Part shown: positions 1 through 10,276 of the stretch, in pieces
Numbering within the stretch: the first letter of the stretch is position 1
Layout of the letters: each line of letters starts with the position of its first letter
From: a virus
Taxonomy: Duplodnaviria > Caudoviricetes
DNA length: 36,323 nucleotides
Virus record (IMG/VR): IMGVR_UViG_3300032332_000710
Coordinates: 1-36,323 of that record
Reading direction: 5' to 3' (one strand)
Notes under the pieces: generated by a model
What the model was told of the DNA's origin: nothing
Databases searched by the model: none
The model's input: only the letters and a program-made list of their open reading frames with translations
Position numbers and translations under genes: made by a program

Positions 1-2145
1 GGATACCGTAGAGCTACTCAAGTTTGAAATTGTTCCTGGGGTAGACGCTAAGTTGTATTGAACGTAGAATGTTCCAGAATTAGATACAGCAGTAGTAACA
101 AATGTTCCATTTGGATTTAGTCCCGAATAACCTATATTAGCCACAGTAATTAAGTCACCAGCAGCAAGGTTAGGGGCAGAGGTCAAAGTTATTTGGAAAG
201 TAGTTGCAGTAGGCGAACCAGCCGCACCAACACCATAAATGGTTGCAGTTGGTACCCCTCCAACTTGCGTAGTAATAGGTGTGGTTGATCCTGTAAAGAT
301 TTGGGCAACAGCGTTGCAACCACCGAGGACAGTTGGTGTTGAAGATTGGAACTGAAGAAGGTCAGCGGTTCCGCCAAGATTTTTTGTAATAAGCGGTATG
401 ACGGCAGAGTTTTGAAATGTTGTGGTGTAATTAAATACAGAGTTACCTGATGAGGATACCCCAGCAAAGTTGGCTACACCATCTTTTGTAATTTTGGCTA
501 CGTTAGTTGAAGTGGTTCCGTTATATGTGTTCCATTGCTGCAGATCAACGCTTTGAGTAGAAGAGCCTCCAGTACCATATCCTCTAACTACTAAAGGTAT
601 GGTAGACGCTGCATCGTTGTTAATCGTGTGACCGCCAACGGTAAACGCAGCAGGGCTACTTGTACCTACAAGAGTACCACTATTAGCGGGGAGGTTAATT
701 ACTGATCCAGAAGTGGCTGATGCTGACCCAGATAAAGTTACACTTCCTCCAGTAGCAGCAGCAAATTGGACACCACCACTACTAGAGGATACTGCAAGGA
801 ATGGGGCAGTTATACTACCACTGCTAACTACAATACTTCCAGAACTAAGTCCGATGTTTCCAGTAGAGTTTGTTCTTACAATCTGGTTTGTCCCACCAGC
901 ATCACTTGTTGAGTAAAGAGCGGTTAGATTACCTGTAGCGGTTACTTGAACTACTCCAGCAGTACCTCCGGATAGAGCACCGATTTTAGTAAGGCTAGAA
1001 TTAACTACGTTTGAAGCAAGTGTAGTAGTACTTGCGGCAAGATTAGTCGCAATACTTGCAGTAGACGCATTTCCTGCTAAGTTAGCCGTAATTAAATTGG
1101 CAGTAAAGTTTCCTGAAGAATCACGCGCAACAATTGCTCCACTAGTGTTTGCATCAGTCGCAGTAGTAGCCGAGTTAGACACTTTACCTGAAGTAGAGAT
1201 CGTTGCTAACTTAGTGTCAACAATACCCGCAGTTGAAGAGATGTTAGCGTCTGCAATTCCTGTAATGTTTGTAGAATCAGCAAAAGCAATAGTCTTGGAA
1301 CCCCCACTTCCAAGGAATAACCTAAGCACTCTCGTGCTAGTGCCCGTAGTCCAGAGGTCGCCTCCCACAGGGGTGCTTGGGTCGCCATCTCCAGTAGAGG
1401 CAATGTTAATTGCGCCTCTGTTATTGGCAATTGTTGTAGTGATTACCCCACTTGAAGTTAGTGTTCCAAACGTAACATTAGAAGAACTTCCTAGCCCAAG
1501 GTTAGTACGAGTAGTAGGTGCGTCAGTAACTATTAAAGACTTTATCTTTAATTGGTCAAAGTTGACATTAACGTCATTAGTTCCAAAATCAATGTCATTT
1601 CCAGTAACCTCATCGCCACCAGAGAATAATTTCCAAATACCACTATCATTATGGTCTCTTGCAAACCCTGTGTGCTTATGCCCAGAGGTAGCACCGACAG
1701 GCCTGTACGCGCCAACTAATCCTAGGTCAACAGTGTCACTTGTAAGGTTTTCACTTCCAAGGTAAATAAGTGAGTCAGTAACATTTAAGTCTGTTACATT
1801 TACTTGCTCAAGACTTCCAGTAATTGTTCCATTAATGTCAATGTTCCCAGTAAGGACTAAGTTGCCTTGTACATAAAGGTCCTTAGCAATACCAACACCA
1901 CCTGAAATAACAAGGGCGCCTGTGGAATAACTTGTAGATTGAGTAGTAGAAGTAAGAGCATTATCAATAGATGTTCTAACATACCCTGTAGGGTCAAAGC
2001 CAATAGTGGCAGCAGTAGACGTGCCACTAATAGTAATAGGGGAAGTTACTGCAACTGTACCTGCAGGACCTGTGGGTCCTTGGGCGCCAATGGCAGCGTA
2101 CTCCCACTGACCTGTACTTGAGTTATAGACTTTTACTGTACTCAT
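1..2145 (-). CDS. Tail fibre protein (runs off the left edge of the window)
   Basis: Not in the ORF track. ATG at 2145 overlaps the upstream stop (TAATG). Hand translation starts MSTVKVYNSSTGQWEYAAIGAQGPTGPAG and includes the fibre motif STSYSTGALVISGGVGIAKDLYV. T/S/G-rich. Confidence 0.8.
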   Translation of the reverse strand, partial: MSTVKVYNSSTGQWEYAAIGAQGPTGPAGTVAVTSPITISGTSTAATIGFDPTGYVRTSIDNALTSTTQSTSYSTGALVISGGVGIAKDLYVQGNLVLTGNIDINGTITGSLEQVNVTDLNVTDSLIYLGSENLTSDTVDLGLVGAYRPVGATSGHKHTGFARDHNDSGIWKLFSGGDEVTGNDIDFGTNDVNVNFDQLKIKSLIVTDAPTTRTNLGLGSSSNVTFGTLTSSGVITTTIANNRGAINIASTGDGDPSTPVGGDLWTTGTSTRVLRLFLGSGGSKTIAFADSTNITGIADANISSTAGIVDTKLATISTSGKVSNSATTATDANTSGAIVARDSSGNFTANLITANLAGNASTASIATNLAASTTTLASNVVNSSLTKIGALSGGTAGVVQVTATGNLTALYSTSDAGGTNQIVRTNSTGNIGLSSGSIVVSSGSITAPFLAVSSSSGGVQFAAATGGSVTLSGSASATSGSVINLPANSGTLVGTSSPAAFTVGGHTINNDAASTIPLVVRGYGTGGSSTQSVDLQQWNTYNGTTSTNVAKITKDGVANFAGVSSSGNSVFNYTTTFQNSAVIPLITKNLGGTADLLQFQSSTPTVLGGCNAVAQIFTGSTTPITTQVGGVPTATIYGVGAAGSPTATTFQITLTSAPNLAAGDLITVANIGYSGLNPNGTFVTTAVSNSGTFYVQYNLASTPGTISNLSSSTVS

Positions 2146-5100
2146 TATTCAGACGCCTCAACCCGTAGAGCCACAGCAGGAGTTGCTGTTAGTGTTGTAA
2201 ACGTCAAAGGATAAGAGGTACCATCACCCACCGCAGATGGGATTGCCGTACCAGTGTTGCCCGAACGAATACTTTGCATGGTAGAGAAACAATTACCTAA
2301 AGTAGAGCCAAATTGAACGCCTACAAAATTAGAAACGTCTGTACTAACACTGACTAAGTTAAAGTAATAAGGACCTGCAGGAGGATTAGGTGTAATTGTA
2401 GTTCCAGTAGGTTTTATTAATGTAGCAATCCAGTATCTTCCCGGAGTAAGTTGTGCTGAGATATTTGCAGAAGGAGTAGAACTAATAGATGAAATTACAA
2501 ATTCACCAATGCTTGCAGAGGGTAACCCTGAAGACCCTGTTTTAAAAATAGCCAGTCGTATAGAGCCAGTTGTAGTGTTCTCTGACTCAAGTGAAAGAGT
2601 TAAAGATGTAACTTTTGTGGGAACAGAAATGTCTATAGGGGTGTAGTACACATACCCAGTGTTGCCAAATGGAGTTAATGATGCAATTGTTCCGGGAGAC
2701 CTTAAGTAATAACTATTAGGAACTTCAATTGAAGGGCTACCATTTACAGAAGGTGCAGTAATAGCACCTTTAGATTTAATATCATTAGCATATAAAGTTC
2801 CATTTATTACAGACTCATTAGATGAAAACTCTAAAGCAGTTAAGTACAACTGCGTATTATGAGTACCTACTCGTTCCCCTACAGATGTGACAAAGACGGT
2901 AAGAGTTGCAGGGCTGGCATCATATACCCCAACAGACTTATTAGTTATGTAACCTTCAATCCAGTCGCCATTGTTGTTTTCCGTAGTCTCAGGATTAAAC
3001 GCAGAAATAATAACTCGTGTATCCAAGTAAAGTTTAGAAACTTGCGAAACTGTTGTACCAAATGTGAATGAATTACCAACTACAAGTGGAGTAGTACCAC
3101 TGCTAACAAGGCGTCTAGTTGCGCCATTGGTGTCTACAAGTGCATTATTAAAAGACTTTTGAAGCAGGTACGCGTCAGTAACATTGGTAAGGGTGTTGTT
3201 AACACTAATTGCTGATGAAGAAGAAATCACACCTGTAGCAGTTAATGTACCGCCAGTAGCAACCCCACTACTATTATTAAGGGTTATAGCGCCATTAATA
3301 ATAGCACCTACCGCTGTTACTCCTGTATTAGTAATTTTATTATTATCATCAACTTTTACAGTAGTAGACCCAGTGATCGTAGGAGATGTGATGCTTAGAG
3401 AGGTGTTAAAACTTCCATCAGCATATAAAGCGCCTACAGCAGTAGTTCCTTGCAACCAAGACTGCAACACACCTGATTGGTTAGCCGCGGTTCGAACAGA
3501 CATAACCGGAGATAGGGTTGATGTATTTGTTGTTGTTCTAGTTACTTGCAATACACCGTACTGTGAAGAAAGAGGGGCTGCGCCAGTTCCGTAACCGATA
3601 GTTGTAGGACCGTAGATTTGATTCTTAGCAGTAGTTGAGTACATACCTAAACTGCGGCCAATAAAATCTGCGGTACTTGCGGCATACCCAGCCCCGCCTG
3701 AAGCAGATGCTAAAGTAATTACACCAACACTCTTAAAGGTGTTACTACGAAGGTTTCCTGACGAGTCAACTTCTGTTGCCGTAGTAATTGCGCCTGTACC
3801 GGATGTTAATTGCCATTTTTGAAGAGATACTCCAAGGCTAGATACATCGCCATACCCGTTTTGATTAGTAACTGAAATGTTCTCTAGACCACTCCATGAA
3901 ACTGTAATAGTAACTGTGCCTGTAATTACAGTGACGCTTTTAACTTGAAGAGTGCTGTTGTTAAGAGGTAATAAGGCAGTATCAGTAAAGTTAGAAAATG
4001 TAATAAAAGAATTGACAGTAGGTACTGCTCCGGTACCTGTGAGAGTAATTACTGGGGCAGTTGCTGTATCACTGTAGGTAAAACTTGCTGAAGTAAACGT
4101 AGTACGAGTAGCAGGTACTCCCGTATCAATTACAGTGAGAGGAGTTACTGTACTTGATGGTGCTTTTACTTTTGCTGTAGCATCCATTTGAAAAACGGGA
4201 GCACCTGTAGAGTCATGGATTTCAAAAGCATTTGCTCCCGCGTATTTAATTACAATACCCGGAGTAGATGACGTAGCCTTTACGGTAACAACTCCGGGGT
4301 CACCTTGAATTACAGTAGATAAAGGGAACCCTACCCTCAGACCTGACTCAGAACCAATTAATCCTCCACCTTTAACCCAAGCCGCAGGAGCAGTGGATGT
4401 AGATGCAACACTCCACCATTCTTGAAGATTTGATAACCCGTCATAACCTTTAATAGTTATTGGAGTAATACCAGCACCTGCAGCAAAGGTATTAGCAGCA
4501 CTAAGAGTTGCTGCAGTACCTGTGATCTTTGAGGGGCTTAAAGTTCCTGAAATCTTGGAATCAGTAACAGAACCATCAGTTGGGGTACGATTATCACTAA
4601 GACGTGAATCTGTTGTTATCACTGCAGTGCCAGTAATCTTTGACGGGCTCAGTGTTGTAGCAATCTTTGCGTCAGTAACTGTTGCATCAGTTGGAGTTGC
4701 CGTAATGAGATAGGTTCCGCCAAGAGTTACTAATGAACTGTTAATCGTCATACTAGATGCTGCTAGTTTACTAATAGCAATACCTGCGCCAGCACTTATG
4801 TCTTCGTTAGTGATAGTTCCATTAACAATTTTATCACTTGTAACAGAGTTATCGGCAAGTTTGATAGTGGTAACCCCGTAGTCTGCCAACATATTGGTAG
4901 ATACAGTCTTTGAGTCAGCGTTAGTGATAATAGTTGCTGAATATGGGCTTGATGCAAGTTGAGGTAGGTAAAACGAATGATTACCACCAGTAACTGTGGT
5001 AGCAGTTGGAAGGATAGTTTGACTAAAACCTGTTCCAGTAAACTGCACAGAAGTACCACTAAAGGTAGTTGCAAAAAGGTTTGAGTTGCTATCACGAAGT

Positions 5101-5582
5101 GCTAACGTACTTGAAGTTGCGGTAGAACTCGGAGAAGACCCAACAACAAGTCCCCCTAAACTGTTAACTGCTAAATACTTAAAAGGACTACCAGAATTAA
5201 TGTTCGCAGCGTTTACTACTGAAGGTAACGTAAGTGTTCCTGTAAAAGTTGGATTTGCAACTGTAGCAAGCCCTGTGATGGCCCCAGTAGCACCGTTAAC
5301 AGAACTAACAAAGTTACTAGTCCAACTTGTTTGGTAGTCTGTTCCAGTTCCAGTGCCAACTTTAGATAAAATCTGTCCGTTAGTACCACCAGAGGCAATC
5401 CCCGGACCAGCAGCGCCTGTAGGTCCTGCTACATACTCAAGTTGTGCCCAAGTCTTAGTGCCATCGCCTACTTTAAACTGACGAGTGTCACTTGCCCAAA
5501 CAAGTTCACCAGCAGCCAAAATCGCAGTAGAAGCACCCCACTCAGTAGATGTGCCTCGTCTAATTTGAAGTTTTACTGCCAT
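2145..5582 (-). CDS. Long tail fibre / receptor-binding protein with Mtd/hyaluronidase-type N-terminal domain
   Basis: N-terminus KLQIRRGTSTEW...LAAGELVW..DT.QFKVGDG..TW..L.Y; duplicated TDxxVTDxKIxxTLSPSKITGTA segment; 1145 aa, T/S/G-rich. Confidence 0.85.
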   Translation of the reverse strand: MAVKLQIRRGTSTEWGASTAILAAGELVWASDTRQFKVGDGTKTWAQLEYVAGPTGAAGPGIASGGTNGQILSKVGTGTGTDYQTSWTSNFVSSVNGATGAITGLATVANPTFTGTLTLPSVVNAANINSGSPFKYLAVNSLGGLVVGSSPSSTATSSTLALRDSNSNLFATTFSGTSVQFTGTGFSQTILPTATTVTGGNHSFYLPQLASSPYSATIITNADSKTVSTNMLADYGVTTIKLADNSVTSDKIVNGTITNEDISAGAGIAISKLAASSMTINSSLVTLGGTYLITATPTDATVTDAKIATTLSPSKITGTAVITTDSRLSDNRTPTDGSVTDSKISGTLSPSKITGTAATLSAANTFAAGAGITPITIKGYDGLSNLQEWWSVASTSTAPAAWVKGGGLIGSESGLRVGFPLSTVIQGDPGVVTVKATSSTPGIVIKYAGANAFEIHDSTGAPVFQMDATAKVKAPSSTVTPLTVIDTGVPATRTTFTSASFTYSDTATAPVITLTGTGAVPTVNSFITFSNFTDTALLPLNNSTLQVKSVTVITGTVTITVSWSGLENISVTNQNGYGDVSSLGVSLQKWQLTSGTGAITTATEVDSSGNLRSNTFKSVGVITLASASGGAGYAASTADFIGRSLGMYSTTAKNQIYGPTTIGYGTGAAPLSSQYGVLQVTRTTTNTSTLSPVMSVRTAANQSGVLQSWLQGTTAVGALYADGSFNTSLSITSPTITGSTTVKVDDNNKITNTGVTAVGAIINGAITLNNSSGVATGGTLTATGVISSSSAISVNNTLTNVTDAYLLQKSFNNALVDTNGATRRLVSSGTTPLVVGNSFTFGTTVSQVSKLYLDTRVIISAFNPETTENNNGDWIEGYITNKSVGVYDASPATLTVFVTSVGERVGTHNTQLYLTALEFSSNESVINGTLYANDIKSKGAITAPSVNGSPSIEVPNSYYLRSPGTIASLTPFGNTGYVYYTPIDISVPTKVTSLTLSLESENTTTGSIRLAIFKTGSSGLPSASIGEFVISSISSTPSANISAQLTPGRYWIATLIKPTGTTITPNPPAGPYYFNLVSVSTDVSNFVGVQFGSTLGNCFSTMQSIRSGNTGTAIPSAVGDGTSYPLTFTTLTATPAVALRVEASE

Positions 5583-6571
5583 CAGGTGACTCCTCCGAAG
5601 TCTAGATTTATTGCTCCACCGTACTCACTGGTGGTCGTGCCGCCGTCTATGTTGTAGGTAGACGCTCCCGCAGGTCCCTCAGGTCCTTGTGGTCCAACTG
5701 TCCCTGTGCCCCCAGAACCTCCGGACACAGTTGCCCAACCTACTTGATAATCACCATTGCTAGTTTTTACTAGTGATTGCCCAGCAGTTCCACCAGCAGG
5801 GATTATTTGAGACGCAGTATCATCCGTGTCTACCCATACCACTGTAGTATCTGAGGGAGCGCTTGTCTGGGCTACAACACCTGAAAGTCCTCGTGGACCT
5901 GTAGCGCCAGTAGTTCCTGTAGAGCCGGGCTGGCCTGTAGCACTAAAAGTCCAAGGAGAGTAACTGCCCGAAGCGCCCACACTAAGGCTTACATTAACTG
6001 TCATTGAGGTACTTGAGGTAGCGGTGATTACACCTTCGACGTACACGTTTGTAGAGTAAACAGCACGTACACGCTGACCTACTATGAATGCGTGATAACC
6101 CAAAGTTGTGGTTAATTCAAATGTTTTAGAAATGTTTGTTACAAGGTCATGAGAAGTAGTAGATGTTACTCCGGCGTACCCTGCTCCAGTACTGCCTTGT
6201 GGTCCAGCATTTCCTGTGTCACCTTTAGTGCCTTGAACACCCTGTGAACCAGCATCTCCAGTATCTCCTTTAGGTCCCTGAGCACCAATCGCGCCTGTGT
6301 CACCTTTTGCGCCAGTGTCTCCAGCGTACCCGCGTGGGCCCTGCGCACCTTGCGGCCCCGTGGCTCCAGTAGGTCCAGTAGGTCCTGCAGGTCCTTGAGG
6401 ACCAGTAGGGCCAGCAGGGCCACGGGCGCCTCCTTGACCGGGAGCAATAACAATAGGGCTTGATGAGGGCGCAGGTGAAGGGGTTGTAATAACAATCTGC
6501 GTAGGAGCAGAAGGCTTTACAACAATTGGAGTACAGGTAGAGCACCCTGAACAGGACGAACTACAACTCAT
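5582..6571 (-). CDS. Collagen-like tail fibre protein
   Basis: Long Gly-X-Y run; start moved to the ATG at 6571, which forms an ATGA overlap with the upstream stop. Confidence 0.85.
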   Translation of the reverse strand: MSCSSSCSGCSTCTPIVVKPSAPTQIVITTPSPAPSSSPIVIAPGQGGARGPAGPTGPQGPAGPTGPTGATGPQGAQGPRGYAGDTGAKGDTGAIGAQGPKGDTGDAGSQGVQGTKGDTGNAGPQGSTGAGYAGVTSTTSHDLVTNISKTFELTTTLGYHAFIVGQRVRAVYSTNVYVEGVITATSSTSMTVNVSLSVGASGSYSPWTFSATGQPGSTGTTGATGPRGLSGVVAQTSAPSDTTVVWVDTDDTASQIIPAGGTAGQSLVKTSNGDYQVGWATVSGGSGGTGTVGPQGPEGPAGASTYNIDGGTTTSEYGGAINLDFGGVT

Positions 6572-7659
6572 CCTTGCCACCCTGAAGCATAGGGGTCAGA
6601 ACGGTACTCAGTCACCTCTGACTCACAGAAAATCTTTCCCTTGACTTGTGTCTTTTGGTAATCCGGGTCAGTGTTACTGGTCATTTCAAGATCCCAGTAA
6701 GTGACTTGTGGAAGAGTCTTTGTTTGACTGCTGGTAAGGGAAAGGTTGACCTTGCTCAAAGTAGATGAAGTACTTACTACAGTGATTGTAAAGTTCTGTA
6801 GAACTACAGGACTTCCAATGTGGTCACGAATCTGTGAGCGCAATGTGTAGCCTGTAATGTCAAATGGGAAGTCCAACTCGCATAAGAATGAATCACCTTC
6901 GTACATCTTCAAGTCTGACTCAGGCACATCTGACGGGAAGTTTTCTCCACCATAGTTCGGTACCTGTAGGCGTACACGAGTCGCACGAGAGTGGTCGTCC
7001 ACTTCTTGTGGCTTGTAGATTGGAGCGTAACGGTTTGTACGTTGAGAGATACGGCGCAAAGTGAACACTTCAATACGGTAAAGACCAACGCCAAGACGTT
7101 CACATAGTTCTTGGTAGTGCGCTTGGCGCAACTGAATAATCTCCATAAGTTGACGGTAACGCTCAGACCGAGGGATGTTTACACCGTCGGGAGCAAGGAT
7201 GTCAATGTCAAAAGCAGCATCTGTAGCAAGGGTGTACAGAGCAAATGTAGATGCTAAAAGAGATACAGGGTATTCCTCTACCATCGGCAGATTTTGTAGA
7301 GTTACAGGGCGACCCCAAGCGTCTTCCGAACGGAAAGTGTGTTCTGTAATAGCGGTCTCTATATAGTGCTCAATCTCAGAAGTAGTGAAGTACCTAAAGT
7401 GAGAGCCAGAGACATAGATAACAGCGCTGCTTGCAGGTACTGTATCAAACGTAATTACGCCAGTATGCTCTTCAACTTCTACTTCGTTACTTATGTTTAC
7501 GTTATTCTTTTTGACTACTAAGTCAGGTCCGTCTACAGGTGCGTAAGGGATTGTAAAACGGTTGGTAACGCCATCAGGGACGATTTGGTACACAAACGAC
7601 TTGGGCATATCGCCAAGTTCCATACGTACACGGTCTACAAGAGAAGAGAGCGTTGGCAC
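6568..7659 (-). CDS. Virion structural protein, probable head-completion/adaptor
   Basis: 363 aa, GGAGG RBS, between capsid and fibre genes; N-terminal [11 protein letters not shown] resembles adaptor proteins. Confidence 0.55.
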   Translation of the reverse strand: MPTLSSLVDRVRMELGDMPKSFVYQIVPDGVTNRFTIPYAPVDGPDLVVKKNNVNISNEVEVEEHTGVITFDTVPASSAVIYVSGSHFRYFTTSEIEHYIETAITEHTFRSEDAWGRPVTLQNLPMVEEYPVSLLASTFALYTLATDAAFDIDILAPDGVNIPRSERYRQLMEIIQLRQAHYQELCERLGVGLYRIEVFTLRRISQRTNRYAPIYKPQEVDDHSRATRVRLQVPNYGGENFPSDVPESDLKMYEGDSFLCELDFPFDITGYTLRSQIRDHIGSPVVLQNFTITVVSTSSTLSKVNLSLTSSQTKTLPQVTYWDLEMTSNTDPDYQKTQVKGKIFCESEVTEYRSDPYASGWQG

Positions 7660-7714
7660 AAAACCTCCATAGCATTTACTTAATGTTCCCTGATAATTGT
7701 TGATTCGTCAGGGT

Positions 7715-7762
7715 AAAAGACCCGCCCCTTCAGGAGGAGGGCGGAAACCGAAGGGACGGGTC
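7715..7762 (-). terminator. Intrinsic terminator, 15-bp stem
   Basis: Minus strand GACCCGTCCCTTCGG-14 nt loop-CTGAAGGGGCGGGTC-TTTT. Confidence 0.75.
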
Positions 7763-7781
7763 AGTCTATGGGAGCGACTGA

Positions 7782-8150
7782 CTATGGTCGCCAGATGTAG
7801 CCGAGATGTTCCAAGTAGTCAGCAAGAGCCTTAGGCACACTGTACTTTACACCGGCTTTAAAAGTGTAGTGATTGTTAACGCCAAACGTCATGTCTTCAA
7901 CATCAACCTGTGTACGGATGACTACGTTCTCGTTAGCAAGTGAGACGCCGACCTGTTCGATTTCATCGATGACTACTGTCTCAGTCTGTGACTGAGGGTC
8001 AAAGACGTTGTTCTCTAGATGCTGCTTTTCAATCGCTGCAAGCATTGAGATTTCTTCAGCACGCTTCGCACGCTCTGCAGCGTTCTTCTTATTAGCCTGC
8101 TCTACAGTATGACCAGTATGGTCAAGAGGATTTGTTGCTTTAGTTGCCAC
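7782..8150 (-). CDS. Hypothetical protein directly downstream of the capsid gene
   Basis: 122 aa ORF with AGGAG RBS. Confidence 0.75.
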   Translation of the reverse strand: MATKATNPLDHTGHTVEQANKKNAAERAKRAEEISMLAAIEKQHLENNVFDPQSQTETVVIDEIEQVGVSLANENVVIRTQVDVEDMTFGVNNHYTFKAGVKYSVPKALADYLEHLGYIWRP

Positions 8151-8181
8151 GGTAATGTTTCTCCTATTTTAATTTGTGGAT

Positions 8182-8220
8182 AAAGATAGAGGGGGCTGGT
8201 TTTCAAACACCAACCCCCTC
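8182..8220 (-). terminator. Hairpin/weak terminator after the major capsid gene
   Basis: GAGGGGGTTGGT...ACCAGCCCCCTC followed by TATCTTT. Confidence 0.6.
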
Positions 8221-8227
8221 CGAGTTT

Positions 8228-9355
8228 TTAGTTAGTGTAGATCTTTGTGATCGCCTGATCGGTGATTACACCAAGACCCCAGATTGCGTACCAAGCAAGA
8301 GCGTGCTCACGACCGAAGTCAAGAACGCCACCATCGCGTAGTTCAACTGGAAGTGAGATTGCGTGACCAAAAGCGTTGTCACCAATCATGATTGCTTCGT
8401 AGATATCAGCGTTCGTTGAGTTGTACGCCAATGAAGGGGCTGTTGCAGAAGGGTCTGCTGGGTTTCCACCCTGACCCGGACCAGTGTTAGCCTTTACAGG
8501 AACAGTGGTCTGGTCTGAAGGAGCACCAATAGCACCTGAGTAGTCGACTGCCTTAGACTTCTTAACCTGAGTGGTTTCGATGAAGACAGTGTCATACAAA
8601 CGACCGATTTCACCAAGCATGAAGTTACCGGGAGCGGCGTACTTCGTGGTTTCGATGAACTCTGGGTTGTCGCGAAGGTCGCGGCTCTGCTTCGGGTGAA
8701 CGAAAGCAACGTAGGTTTCGCCCAAACGAGGAATGTTCTTACCAGCAAGGGTAAGTGCAGCATCCTTAACAGCAGCAGTTGTCAACTTGAACTTACCCTT
8801 GTCAGTACCTGAGCCAAGGTCAGCAAGTGACGTACCTGCAGTGCCCGGATCGTACCAAGCATTAGTACCTGAGGTAACGCCAGAGCGGTTGTAACCAAAG
8901 ACAGCAGAGGTAGCAGCACCAAGGGTGTCGCGAGCCTGAATGTCAAGGTACTGAGCCATGTGGCGACCAAGTAGACGTGAAGAAGATGCCATAACGTCAT
9001 CAAACGAAGCGTTGAGAAGCAATTCGGAAACTGCAACTGCATAGCCGTGTTCTGCAACGGTAATAGCAATCTGCTCTGCTGTAAGAGCATTGGTGGTCAT
9101 ACGAACACCTTCGGATAGTGGCGTGGTGTCCACTGCGAAGTTCTTGTAACGCAGGAAGTTCACACGAAGACCCGGTGCAACACCAAGTTCCGTCTTCTTT
9201 ACTGCGAACTGCTCAAAGCGAAGGATAGGCATCGCTTGGAACAGGATTTCCTTTGACCAAATGGTCTGAATTGCTTGGGACAACTGGCTATTGGTACCCG
9301 AGTATGCTGTCGGGGCTGCCGCTAGGCCACCTGTACCGGTAATGGCGCTTGCCAT
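8228..9355 (-). CDS. Major capsid protein, N4-gp56-like family
   Basis: 375 aa; WSKEILFQAMPILRFEQFA, LSEGV, YVAFVHP, GEIGRLY..VFIET, DFGREHALAWYAIWG; follows portal and scaffold. Confidence 0.92.
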   Translation of the reverse strand: MASAITGTGGLAAAPTAYSGTNSQLSQAIQTIWSKEILFQAMPILRFEQFAVKKTELGVAPGLRVNFLRYKNFAVDTTPLSEGVRMTTNALTAEQIAITVAEHGYAVAVSELLLNASFDDVMASSSRLLGRHMAQYLDIQARDTLGAATSAVFGYNRSGVTSGTNAWYDPGTAGTSLADLGSGTDKGKFKLTTAAVKDAALTLAGKNIPRLGETYVAFVHPKQSRDLRDNPEFIETTKYAAPGNFMLGEIGRLYDTVFIETTQVKKSKAVDYSGAIGAPSDQTTVPVKANTGPGQGGNPADPSATAPSLAYNSTNADIYEAIMIGDNAFGHAISLPVELRDGGVLDFGREHALAWYAIWGLGVITDQAITKIYTN

Positions 9356-9396
9356 AGTTTTTCTCTTTTCTCTGTGGGGTTATTTGCTGTTTGGCT

Positions 9397-10143
9397 TTAG
9401 CCGAACAGGCCCCTACCACCGTTGTTGCTTGCGCCGCCTAATAGACGTGCGCGATTTTTCGCATAATCCGCCAATGACATATTCCTGACATCGTCAGGGG
9501 TAACGGGGCGTTTCTCCGGGTCGTTATCTAGGGGTCCGGCTGCGGGAGACGTAATACGACTTCCCGTCATTTCACGACGTGCAGACGACATTGCCGTCTG
9601 TGCCGATTCTACAATGCGAGCAGAGCGGTCCTTAAGACCTGCAATGCTTCGCTCAATATCTTCTGGACTTGACCCATCAATAAGATCGATCAACTCCGGC
9701 ATGATATTCTCACGTTCTTCTTCAAGACGCTGTGAACGGTAGTTCATCAGGTCCTGATAATTACGCTCTTGTTCTAGTAGAGCAAAGGCTCGTTCACGTT
9801 CAAGGCGTTCTGCCTCAAGTTGTGAACTGAATTCCTTTTCTTTCTTTTCAAGAAGAGAGCGAACATCTAGTTCTTCCTCCTCCTTGCGACGCTGTGCTTC
9901 TTCCAAAGCAGAACGATGAGCAGCCTCTTGGGCGTCACGCTCTTCCTTCTCGCGCTTTAGAGCCGCAAGTTCATCCTTCATCTTTTCGAGTTGCGGGTAC
10001 AACTTTTCCTTTTCCTGTGCACGTACACGCGCAAGGTCTTCGGAAGTGTAGCCTGCTGGCTCGTTTGAAGTTGGAATAACTTCTTGGTCATTAATTGCAT
10101 TTTCAAAAGATGTGTTAACACCTTCAGTAATCAGATCATCCAT
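9397..10143 (-). CDS. Capsid scaffolding protein
   Basis: E/K/R-rich coiled coil with C-terminal MSLADYAKNRARLLG; lies between portal and capsid. Confidence 0.8.
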   Translation of the reverse strand: MDDLITEGVNTSFENAINDQEVIPTSNEPAGYTSEDLARVRAQEKEKLYPQLEKMKDELAALKREKEERDAQEAAHRSALEEAQRRKEEEELDVRSLLEKKEKEFSSQLEAERLERERAFALLEQERNYQDLMNYRSQRLEEERENIMPELIDLIDGSSPEDIERSIAGLKDRSARIVESAQTAMSSARREMTGSRITSPAAGPLDNDPEKRPVTPDDVRNMSLADYAKNRARLLGGASNNGGRGLFG

Positions 10144-10276
10144 AAAAGATCCCCTAAATAGTTTCCATGGTCGTTTTCCAAATGCATCTAAGATGCGTAA
10201 CCCGTTTGACCGTTCCTTATGTATATAAGATTTTCAGTTTGTGAACAGATTGTCTTGCTAAAGTTAAAAAAACTTT

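Noticed and set aside
713-5337. Plus-strand ORFs such as 1097-1765 and 3184-3594
   Set aside because: V/L/P-rich antisense shadows of the T/S/G-rich minus-strand fibre genes, with no RBS
2145-5582. Diversity-generating retroelement suggested by the Mtd-like N-terminus
   Set aside because: No reverse transcriptase or TR/VR pair seen in the window; this N-terminal domain is common in ordinary fibres
6190-6445. Nucleotide periodicity in the collagen-like gene
   Set aside because: Fully explained by Gly-X-Y coding
8175-8183. Single TTATCCACA DnaA box (minus strand) downstream of the capsid gene
   Set aside because: An isolated 9-mer is compatible with chance in 36 kb and has no partner box
10165-10215. 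Stem-loop in the scaffold 5' leader (GGTC...GCATC/GATGC...GACC)
   Set aside because: Short stems seen once; not enough to call an autoregulatory element
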